In this document: positions 45,071 through 53,756 of the stretch, one piece after another
Numbering within the stretch: position 1 is the first letter of the stretch
How the letters are laid out: each line of letters starts with the position of its first letter
NCBI GenBank assembly: GCA_963788655.1
Contig: CAWBHS010000062.1
Span: 32,001-96,000, forward strand
DNA from: an uncultured Verrucomicrobiae bacterium
Lineage (GTDB): Bacteria; Verrucomicrobiota; Verrucomicrobiia; Limisphaerales; JAFGQR01
Direction of reading: 5' to 3'
DNA: 64,000 nucleotides
Position numbers and translations under genes: made by a program
The notes under the pieces: generated by a model
The model's input: the letters and a program-made list of their open reading frames with translations, nothing else
Told to the model about the DNA's origin: nothing
The model's database searches: none

Positions 45071-45646
45071 TCAAGAATACGCCGGCTCGTTACCGCGTTT
45101 CCATTTGATGTTGCAGCCGATGCTGGGTTTCTGTTCGGCAGGTGCGGGCTTGCCCGCGAGCACGGCGTCCAGGGCCGCGCGGAGGTCTTTACCGGTAACC
45201 GGGATTCCATTGCCTGGCCGGCTGCCATCCAATTGACCGCGATAGGCTAATCGCCGCTGCCCGTCGAACAGGAAGAAATCCGGCGTGCAGGCGGCGTGAT
45301 AGGCTTTGGCCACTTCCTGGCTTTCGTCATAAAGGTACGGAAAGGAGTAGCCGGCGGCTTTCACTTCTTCGGCCATCTTTTGCGGTCTGTCGTCGGGGTG
45401 GTTGGCGACATCGTTGGAGTTGATCGCCACCATGCCCACGCCGTGCGATTGGTAGTCGCGAGCCAGTTGGGCCAATTCGGACCGGACGTGTTTAACGAAC
45501 GGACAATGATTGCAGATGAACATGACCAGTATGGCCGGCGCATCCTTGAAGTCGGCCAGTGAAATGGTGTTCCCTGCGGTGTCGGGCAGTCGAAAATCCG
45601 GGGCCACCGTGCCCAGCGGCAGCATGGTTGAGGGTGTTTGTGCCAT
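45071..45646 (-). CDS. Thioredoxin-like / AhpC-TSA family protein
   Basis: APDFRLPD, FICNHCPFV, ACTPDFF, SIGCNIKW. Confidence 0.92.
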   Translation of the reverse strand: MAQTPSTMLPLGTVAPDFRLPDTAGNTISLADFKDAPAILVMFICNHCPFVKHVRSELAQLARDYQSHGVGMVAINSNDVANHPDDRPQKMAEEVKAAGYSFPYLYDESQEVAKAYHAACTPDFFLFDGQRRLAYRGQLDGSRPGNGIPVTGKDLRAALDAVLAGKPAPAEQKPSIGCNIKWKRGNEPAYS

Positions 45647-45818
45647 AGTGTCAGCTTTTTTTGGTAGGTATTTTAGGCTCAGTGATGGAGCTTGTTAAGC
45701 AGTTTTCCAGAGCAGTTCAGAGTCTTCTGGTGATGAGGCAAGACCGCTTCGCGTTTTGATTACCACTTCCCGAAGTATGGGGGTATCACTGGGCACCTTG
45801 GCAATAGCCTTCGAAATA

Positions 45819-45943
45819 CGCGAGGCGTCTGGAGTGCGTGGAGCTTGCTCCCGCTTTCGTCTCGCGTATCGCGCTCAAGAATTCGACTGCCTTTCCCCAG
45901 CCGAAAGCGCCGGCAAGCCGGCCGCACTCCAAGCGCTGGCGCG
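45819..45943. repeat. REP-B inverted pair
   Basis: tggagtgcgtggagcttgctcccgcttt ... aaagcgccggcaagccggccgcactccaagcgctggcgcg, near-identical to 24683-24829. Confidence 0.85.
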
Positions 45944-46119
45944 ACTGACTACAAGCCGTTTCAGGATGTCGCTCAGCGCCTGCTCTTGCAGGGGAGGATG
46001 AGCGCGCGCTGAGTGTTTGGAAATGGGAAACCGAATGAGCCATCGTGCTCCGTCTCCCACATTGGCGAGCGCTGTGGACTGGCGTCTTAATCGGTTTGAA
46101 ATCTTCGGAGCGAATCGAC

Positions 46120-47997
46120 CTACACGAATTCCATCTCGTAGCTGTACACGTTACCGGTGTATTTCGTCTGGATCTTCATGTTGCTCTTGGCGAACACGGC
46201 TTGCATGGCCTTGTTTTCCGAGAGCACTTCGGCGGTGAAACCGCGGATGCCGTTGCGCCGCGCGATGCGGATCAATTGTTGCAACAGGAAGGTGCCGATG
46301 CCCTGGTTCTGCCACTTGTCATGTACCACGAACGCCACTTCCGCCATGTTTGTCTTGCGGTCCAGATAGTAGCTGCCGATGGCAATGATGTCTTCCCCGT
46401 GCGCTTCGGGCAGCGTCCCGACCAGCGTCACGTCGTTGCGGTGGTCGATATAAACAAAGTCCTGGATTTGCTTGCGCGGCACCACCTTGGTCGAACTCAT
46501 GAACCGGTAGTAAATCGTTCCCTGCGACAGCTTGTAGAAGAGATCGCGCGCCCGGGCTTCGTCGGTGGGATGCATCGGGCGGAAGTTGATCTGCGTGCCG
46601 TCGTTCAGCAGGTAGGTCGTCCGCAGTTCCTTCGGCCCGACGCTGATCTTACCTTCGATGTCGGCCATGTTGGCGTAGAGATATTTGGCTTCAATCGCTT
46701 CCCGCAGCAGTTGCTCGCGGAACTTGGGATGCGCGATGCAGATCAGTGCCATGGCCCGTTCCTGGATGCTCTTGCCGTGCAGGTAGGCCACGCCGTATTC
46801 GGTGACCACGTAATTGACTCCCGCCCGCGTAGTAACCACGCCGGCCCCCGGGCTTAGCCGGGTGACGATCCGAGAGACGGTTCCGTCCTTGGCCGTCGAA
46901 GGGATGGCGATGATGGCTTTGCCGTCGTGCGCTTTGGCGGCGCCGCGGTTGAAATCCACCTGCCCGCCGACGCCGGAGAAAAACTTGGTGCCCAGCGAAT
47001 CCGCGCACACCTGCCCGGTCAGGTCAATCTCCAGCGCCACATTGATGGCCACCATTTTGTTCTGCTGGCTGATGATGTAGGGATTGTTCACATACTCGGT
47101 CGGGTGGAACGAAAACGCCGGGTTGTCGTCGAGGAAATCATACAGTTTCCGGGTGCCCAGGGCGAAACTGGCCACGACCTTGCCGCGATCAAGTGTTTTG
47201 CGATTGCCGTTCACCACGCCGGATTGTACCAGGTCGATAATCCCGTCGGAGATCATTTCGGTATGGATGCCCAGATCCTTCTTGTCTTTGAGGAATCCGA
47301 GCAGGGACTGCGGAATGCGGCCGATGCCCACTTCGATCGTGGAGCCGTCCTCAATGAGCGAAGCCAGGTTTTCGGCAATCTGCCGCGTCTCTTCGGTCAC
47401 TTCGACCGGCGGCACTTCGTGAATGGGATCTTCGACCGGTACCAGGACGTCCATGTCGTACACATGGATGAACGCATCCCCATGCATGCGCGGCATGTTG
47501 GGATTAACCTGGGCGATGACGAGCGAAGCGTTTTCGGTGGCGCTCTTGACGATGTCCACCGAAACGCCAAAACTGCACAGCCCATTTTTATCGGGCGGGC
47601 TTACCTGGATCAGAGCGGTATCCAAGGGCAATTGGCCGGAATCAAACAACCGGGGAATATCCGACAGATGGATGGGCGTGTAGTCGCCCAGACCTTCCTG
47701 GATGATGTTGCGCACGTTCTCCGCGATGAAGAAGCTGTTGGTGCGAAACACCGAAGCCAATTCCTTGTGGGCGTAGGGCGCTTCGCCGAACGTCAGCAGA
47801 TGCACGATTTCGGTGTCGGGCAGATCGGACGCCCGGCGCGTCAGGGCGCCGACCAGTTGCAGCGGTTCGGCGCAGCCGGTGCCGATGAAAATGCGCTGGC
47901 CGGGCCGAAGTTTGGCTACGGCCTCGTCCGGCGTGGCAATGAGGGATTGGTATTTCTCCTTCCAGGAGGTGTCGAAACTGATCTTCTTGTCGCTCAT
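46120..47997 (-). CDS. Acetyl-CoA hydrolase/4-hydroxybutyrate CoA-transferase fused to C-terminal GNAT domain
   Basis: GIGRIP, GIHTEM, DLTGQVCADS..SGVGGQVDF, VVTEYG; AEVAFVV.DKWQNQGIGT. Confidence 0.9.
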   Translation of the reverse strand: MSDKKISFDTSWKEKYQSLIATPDEAVAKLRPGQRIFIGTGCAEPLQLVGALTRRASDLPDTEIVHLLTFGEAPYAHKELASVFRTNSFFIAENVRNIIQEGLGDYTPIHLSDIPRLFDSGQLPLDTALIQVSPPDKNGLCSFGVSVDIVKSATENASLVIAQVNPNMPRMHGDAFIHVYDMDVLVPVEDPIHEVPPVEVTEETRQIAENLASLIEDGSTIEVGIGRIPQSLLGFLKDKKDLGIHTEMISDGIIDLVQSGVVNGNRKTLDRGKVVASFALGTRKLYDFLDDNPAFSFHPTEYVNNPYIISQQNKMVAINVALEIDLTGQVCADSLGTKFFSGVGGQVDFNRGAAKAHDGKAIIAIPSTAKDGTVSRIVTRLSPGAGVVTTRAGVNYVVTEYGVAYLHGKSIQERAMALICIAHPKFREQLLREAIEAKYLYANMADIEGKISVGPKELRTTYLLNDGTQINFRPMHPTDEARARDLFYKLSQGTIYYRFMSSTKVVPRKQIQDFVYIDHRNDVTLVGTLPEAHGEDIIAIGSYYLDRKTNMAEVAFVVHDKWQNQGIGTFLLQQLIRIARRNGIRGFTAEVLSENKAMQAVFAKSNMKIQTKYTGNVYSYEMEFV

Positions 47998-48026
47998 AAA
48001 TTATAAAAAGGTTCAACGTTCGCACC

Positions 48027-50118
48027 TCACGCCAACGTCATGCGGGCGTCGGCGACGTAGGCTTCGGTGCCCACGCTGCCGACAATAAAGGGATTGATAT
48101 CGAGTTCTTTGATCTCCGGATAATCCGTGGCCAACTGGCTGATGCGCTGAAGCGCGCTGGCCAATGCGTCCAAGTCCACCGGCGCCTGGCCGCGCGCGCC
48201 TTTGAGCAGCGCGTATGACCGGGTGCCCTTCAACATTTGCATCGCTTCCTCGTGCGTGATCGGCGCCAGGTAAAACGTGACGTCCTTCATCACTTCCACG
48301 AAAATGCCGCCCAGACCGAACATCAGCATCGGCCCGAACTGCGGATCGCGCGTCATACCCAGAATGACCTCCCGGCCGCGGTGCCCCATTTTCTCGACGA
48401 ATCCGCCGCGGATGTAGGCGTCCGGACTGCGGCGCTGCACCCGCAGCATCATCAAATCGAAGGCATCCCGGACCTGCTCGGGGCTGGCCAGGTTGATGCG
48501 CACGCCGCCGAAATCCGATTTGTGAATGATGTCTGGCGAGGAAATTTTCAGCACCACCGGGAAGCCGATCCGGTCGGCGATCTCGACCGCCTCGTCGGCG
48601 GCTGCGGGCCAGGTGCGCCGTCCAGAATGTCGAAAGTCATAGGCGCGCAGGATTTCCTTGGCCTCCACTTCGCCGACCTGGTGAATCTTGCTGCGGCTGT
48701 GCCATTGGATGACGCGTTCCACGCGGCGGCGATTGACCGGGAAGCGGGTCACGATGCGCGCCGGCCGACGTCTCCAGGCCGCGTAATCGCACATCGCCTT
48801 GAGCGCGCCCACCGCGCGATCGGGAGAGGCATAGTTGGGAATGCCCAACTCCATGAGTTTTTCCTTGGCTGCGGCCACTTCTCCGCCGCCCATGAATGCC
48901 GCCAAAATCGGTTTGGTTCGTTTGTGCGCCTTGGAAAGTTTTTCGGCCAATTCCAGCGGCCGGGTCATGTTCTGGGGCGTGACCACCACCACGATGGCGT
49001 CAATGTTTTCATCATCTTGGAGGATTTCGAAGGCCTTCATGTATCGGTCCGGTTCGGCGTCACCGATGACGTCCACCGGATTGCCGAAAGCCGCCGTGGC
49101 CGGCAGCACTTCTTTGCAGGCGGGCTTTGGAGGTATCGCTCGGCGACACCATTTTCAAGCCCATCGACTCGGCGGCGTCGGCGGCCATGATGCCCGGGCC
49201 GCCAGCGTTGGTGATGACGCACACACGGTTGCCGGTCGGCAGCGGTTGCATGCCCAGCGCCAGCGCGTAATCAAACAGAGATTCGAAATTCTCCGCGCGA
49301 ATGACGCCCGCCCGCTTGAACGCAGCGCCGTAGGCCATGTCCGCACCCGCGAGGCTGCCCGTGTGCGAGGACGCGGCTTTGGCGCCGGCCTGGGTGATGC
49401 CGACCTTGAGGATGACCACGGGTTTCTTGCCGGCGGCTTCTTCGGCCACGCGCAGAAACTTATCGCCTTCCTTGATGCTTTCCAGGTAACCGGCAATGAC
49501 TTTGGTTTCCTCGTCTTCGGCCAGCGCTTGCAGGAAATCCACTTCGTTGAGGTCGGCTTTGTTCCCGAAGCTGATCACCTTGCCCAATCCCAGCTTCTGT
49601 TGGGCGGCCCAATCGAGAATGGCCACGCACAACGCGCCGGACTGCGAGATCACGGAAATGCTGCCGGGCGGCGGCACGCACGGGGCGAACGTGGCGTTCA
49701 GGTGGTGGTGGGTGTTGAGCACGCCGAGACAATTGGGCCCCATCATCCGGACGCCGGCGGCATGGCACATCTCCACCAGTTCGCGTTCGATCTCGGCACC
49801 CTTGGCACTGACCTCCTTGAAGCCGGCGGTGATGACCACGACGGTCTTCGCGCCTTTATCAATCGATTTCCGCACGGCGTCTTTGACCCACTTGGCACCC
49901 ACTACGATGATGCTCAAGTCGATGTTCTCCGGGTATGCTTCGAGGTCCTGGTAGCATTTGACGCCGAGGATGTCCGGCGCCTCGAGGTTAACGGGAACGA
50001 TCGTTCCTTTGAAGCCGCTGTTAATCAGATTCGACATGAACGCGTACCCGACCTTGTCGGGATTTCGCGACGCCCCGACGACGGCTACCGTCTTTGGATA
50101 CAAAAGTGTCTCAAGCAT
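48027..50118 (-). CDS. ADP-forming acetate/acyl-CoA ligase, alpha-beta fusion (frameshifts near 49110 and 48600-48635)
   Basis: VAVVGAS, GPNCLG, SQSGAL, ASSHTGSLAG, TNAGGPG, NPVD, HKSDFGGV, DPQFGP, ELDINP. Confidence 0.9.
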
Positions 50119-50319
50119 AATTTTTAATGCGGGAAAAGCTCCCGGTATTCCAGTTCATTTGCTCACCAACGCTTGTTCAAGGCTTTCCAGTTTTTGCAAA
50201 GCCCCGCCAACGCAAGGTTAGGGCAGAGCTTTCAGCGGTGCAAAACTGAATTGGAATGTAGGGAATTTGGCTCCGGGCACATCGCTTGCCTTTCGAAGGG
50301 GACGTGTTTCAATGTGGTT

Positions 50320-51306
50320 ATGCGAGCGATGCAATTGACTTCTCCCGGAACACCGCTGGAATCCGCGGAACTCCCCCCACCCGCTCCCGGTCCCGGCCAG
50401 GTGCTCATCCGGGTGCGGGCGTGCGCCGTCTGCCGTACGGATTTGCACGTGGTGGACGGGGAATTGCCCCGGCCCAAGGTGCCGCTGATCCCCGGCCATG
50501 AAATCGTGGGAATCATCACGGAGAAAGGTCCGGGCGTGGACCGTTTTCAAATCGGTGATCGGGTCGGAGTACCCTGGCTCGGGTGGACGTGCGGCCAATG
50601 TGACTATTGCCGAAGCGAGCGTGAGAACCTGTGCGACCAGGCCCGTTTCACGGGCTACACGTTGGACGGGGGCTACGCGGAATACACGGTGGCGGACGCC
50701 CGTTTTTGTTTTCCGATTCCGGACTCATACGCCGATGCGGAAGCCGCGCCGCTGCTGTGCGCCGGTTTGATTGGTTACCGTTCGTTGCGCAAGGCGGGGG
50801 AAGGAAAGCGGTTGGGGATTTACGGGTTCGGAGCGGCTGCCCATATCGTGACCCAGGTGGCGCAATATCAGGGGCGCCAAGTTTATGCGTTCACTCGCCC
50901 CGGTGATACTCAGGCTCAGGAATTTGCTCTTAGCCTCGGCGCGGTCTGGGCCGGTGGCTCCGACATAAAACCGCCGGAGCCGTTGGATGCCGCGATCATT
51001 TTCGCTCCCGTCGGCAGCCTTGTGCCGCCGGCTTTGCGCGCGGTGCGCAAAGGAGCACCGGTCGTTTGCGGCGGCATTCACATGAGCGACATCCCGGCGT
51101 TCCCGTACGAAATCTTGTGGGAAGAACGCAGTCTGTGTTCGGTGGCCAACCTGACACGCCGGGACGGTGAAGAGTTCATGGCGCTGGCCCCAAAAGTGCC
51201 GGTCCGCACGGAGGTCACCACGTTCCCGTTGAGCGAGGCGAACGAGGCCCTCGCGCGCTTGCGCAGCGGCAGCCTGAGCGGGGCGGCGGTGTTGCTGACG
51301 GCGTAA
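50320..51306 (+). CDS. Zinc-dependent alcohol dehydrogenase
   Basis: VCRTDLH, GHEIVG, CGQCDYC..RENLC, LLCAG. Confidence 0.95.
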   Translation: MRAMQLTSPGTPLESAELPPPAPGPGQVLIRVRACAVCRTDLHVVDGELPRPKVPLIPGHEIVGIITEKGPGVDRFQIGDRVGVPWLGWTCGQCDYCRSERENLCDQARFTGYTLDGGYAEYTVADARFCFPIPDSYADAEAAPLLCAGLIGYRSLRKAGEGKRLGIYGFGAAAHIVTQVAQYQGRQVYAFTRPGDTQAQEFALSLGAVWAGGSDIKPPEPLDAAIIFAPVGSLVPPALRAVRKGAPVVCGGIHMSDIPAFPYEILWEERSLCSVANLTRRDGEEFMALAPKVPVRTEVTTFPLSEANEALARLRSGSLSGAAVLLTA

Positions 51307-51309
51307 GAA

Positions 51310-51456
51310 CGTGCTGCCCGCATCCTGCCGGCAGTTGGGAACGGTAGTTACGAAGCGAAACCCCGTGACCATTCGCACGCCGCGCCTGCATCCGTCTCTG
51401 CCGGCGGGACGCCGACAGCACGTTGCCGGAGCGTGCTGCCGGCATCTTGCCGGCAG
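51310..51456. repeat. Three REP-A copies between convergent genes
   Basis: Copies at 51310-51334, 51398-51422 (inverted) and 51432-51456; 51370-51456 resembles 24537-24622. Confidence 0.85.
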
Positions 51457-51551
51457 ATCGAACGGAGGAATGTGTGCCAAATTGAATTCCAGGTTCGAGC
51501 GCGAGTACTCGGGTCGTGGAAAAACGTTCGATTTGGTGCCGAATGTGCAAG

Positions 51552-52190
51552 TCAGCGCCTTTTGTTTTGTTGCTTCAGAAAGCGTTCCGCCTTCTTGCGG
51601 GTCGCGGGACGGGCATTCTTCAATTGCCGCTTCACGAAGCGAATCACCGCGGCAGGATCGGCGAGCAAGTCAACGAATTCTTCGAAAGCGGTAATTGCAT
51701 GCCCGATGGCGATGCGACGGCATTCGACCGTTTGATACCGCGCACGGGACACCTTCAACAGTTCCCGCGCAATGCGGTCCGCCCAGGCTGGGTGGGTCCG
51801 CGCAATCCGTGCTCCGCCGGCAATCACGTTGGCGGCGGTGATCATCACTGGTCCGGAGACTGGGGCGAAATATTTATCAAGGTGTCGTTCAAATTTGCGT
51901 CCGGAATCCACCCGCACCAAGTGCGACAGCACAATGATCGCTTCCCATTGGAGAATTTTGTTGGGGTGATCGAGCATGCTCACGAAGAAATTGAAGTGCG
52001 GATAGAGCAAAGCCGGCCGCTGTTCGGCGAGGAGGCGCAGGACTTTGGCGCAGCCGAACTTGATCCGCGCCGTATCGGCCGCCAATCCCGATACGATCTC
52101 GGCCACGTACGCCGGATGATGGATTACTTGCTCCGCCACTTGCTCGAGCTTCACGTCGCCCTGCTGCAATTGTATCAGCCAGTCGGACAT
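51552..52190 (-). CDS. Hypothetical helical (HEAT-like) protein
   Basis: About 212-aa helical ORF; RIKFGCAKVL, PALLYPHF, RKKAERFLK. Confidence 0.7.
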   Translation of the reverse strand: MSDWLIQLQQGDVKLEQVAEQVIHHPAYVAEIVSGLAADTARIKFGCAKVLRLLAEQRPALLYPHFNFFVSMLDHPNKILQWEAIIVLSHLVRVDSGRKFERHLDKYFAPVSGPVMITAANVIAGGARIARTHPAWADRIARELLKVSRARYQTVECRRIAIGHAITAFEEFVDLLADPAAVIRFVKRQLKNARPATRKKAERFLKQQNKRR

Positions 52191-52270
52191 GGCGGCACAC
52201 TCCGGCCCGTCGGAGGAAAAGTCGATCCTGAAAATGATCAGCGACGGTTTGTTGGGGGCGGGGTTTACGG

Positions 52271-52323
52271 CCGAAGACCAATGGCCGAAATCCAAAAGAA
52301 ATCCGAAAACCGATCCCCGAAGG
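52271..52323. repeat. Family D heptamer array (single arm)
   Basis: ccgaagaccaatggccgaaatccaaaagaaatccgaaaaccgatccccgaagg. Confidence 0.7.
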
Positions 52324-52412
52324 AAACTACCGGTGTGGCATTTTGAATTGCACTACCAACCGCTTCAATTGCCGGTGGTGCACTCCTTGCGGTCGCGCCC
52401 TGATCCTCTGGT

Positions 52413-53396
52413 TTAGGAAACGGGGGAAGTTAGGATCGCCCCTTCGCGGAGTCCCCATCGACTTACGAACAATTCTTGGTAGCCGAATTGGCGCATGGCC
52501 ATTTCGTAAATGACGGCTCCCGTGAGAATCACGTCTGCCTTTTCCGGATCAAGGCCGGGAAGTTGCCGACGTTCTTGGGCGGAAAGACTCCAGAGTCGTT
52601 CGATTTGTTCACTGGCGTTCGCCAGACCAAGCCGGAGTGGTTCGCCGGATCCGGCCACCGGCCGCGCGGCACTCAACCGCGTGAGCGTTTTGAGGGCGCC
52701 ACCCAAGCCCACCAAGCTGACTGTCCGACCGCCGAAGGACTTCGACTTCAGCACGGAGCTAAGCTCCGGATGCACTTCCTGCTGGAGGAAGTCACTTACC
52801 GTCTGCCGGCAATGCGCCAGGTCGTTTGCCGTGGGCGGATCGGCTGGTATCAGCACGTCTAACAGCCGGGTGGTCCCCAGGCGGGTGCTGCGGTCGAAGC
52901 AAGTGGCGCCAGCTTCGCCTACGATCCATTCGGTGCTGCCGCCCCCTACGTCCACAATCAACACCGGACGCCGGGCAAATTGCGAATCGCTCGTCACTCC
53001 CTGGAATACATATTTGGCTTCTTGTTCGCCAGAGATGATTTCCACCGGCACATTCGCGATTCGTCGAACGGCCTGGACGAGTTCGTCGCCATTACGGGCT
53101 TCCCGGGCGGCGCAGGTAGCCAACACGCGCAACGAAGTGGGGTTCAATTCTGCTGCGCGGACGGCAAATTCCGCCACCACTTCAGCCGTGCGTGCCACCG
53201 CATCGAGGGATAGGTACCCGGTACGAAACGCGCCCTGGCCCAGGCGGGTCTGCCGGCTCAGCTTCATCAGCGGGCACAACGTTCCGGCCAGATCCGCCAC
53301 GAGCAGTTTGACCGCGTTGGTGCCAATTTCGATCACCGCCCGCCGCTCTCCCGTGCCGGAGATTGTGCTCAGTTTTCTTGGAAGGCTTTGGTTCAT
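52413..53396 (-). CDS. Ppx/GppA phosphatase family (short form)
   Basis: IEIGTNAVKL, TRLG, ATCAAREARN, ISGEQEA, DVGGGSTE, GLREG. Confidence 0.9.
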   Translation of the reverse strand: MNQSLPRKLSTISGTGERRAVIEIGTNAVKLLVADLAGTLCPLMKLSRQTRLGQGAFRTGYLSLDAVARTAEVVAEFAVRAAELNPTSLRVLATCAAREARNGDELVQAVRRIANVPVEIISGEQEAKYVFQGVTSDSQFARRPVLIVDVGGGSTEWIVGEAGATCFDRSTRLGTTRLLDVLIPADPPTANDLAHCRQTVSDFLQQEVHPELSSVLKSKSFGGRTVSLVGLGGALKTLTRLSAARPVAGSGEPLRLGLANASEQIERLWSLSAQERRQLPGLDPEKADVILTGAVIYEMAMRQFGYQELFVSRWGLREGAILTSPVS

Positions 53397-53673
53397 GTGT
53401 AGATCCAGTTTGCGCGGTTTGTCGTGGGCGGTGGCAAGGCAATTCGTACCCGACCCGCAAGCATTGACCTCACGAGCAACCGCACCGTACGAGACTAGCA
53501 GGCGGAGGAGGGAAACGATAGCAACAATTGAGTAACGAAGGCCGCGAGGACGAGTGGGGGTAACTCATTGCAGGCATGCGACAACGCTTGCCCCGCTTCA
53601 TGAAGGGCCGGTCAATAAGCCGAACGCTACCGTTCGGGTGGCTTCGGATCGAGGCGCAATTGGGGGCCTCGAC

Positions 53674-53724
53674 AGTTCACTTAAACGTCACTTCTCCGCA
53701 ATCCGATTGTCATCCGCCCGTGAT
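53674..53724 (+). promoter_or_regulatory. Pho-box-like 11-bp-period direct repeats
   Basis: TTCAC(53676) GTCAC(53687) GCAAT(53698) GTCAT(53709) GTGAT(53720). Confidence 0.5.
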
Positions 53725-53756
53725 TCAGTAGCGGGGAAATCGAAGACTGAAAGCTT

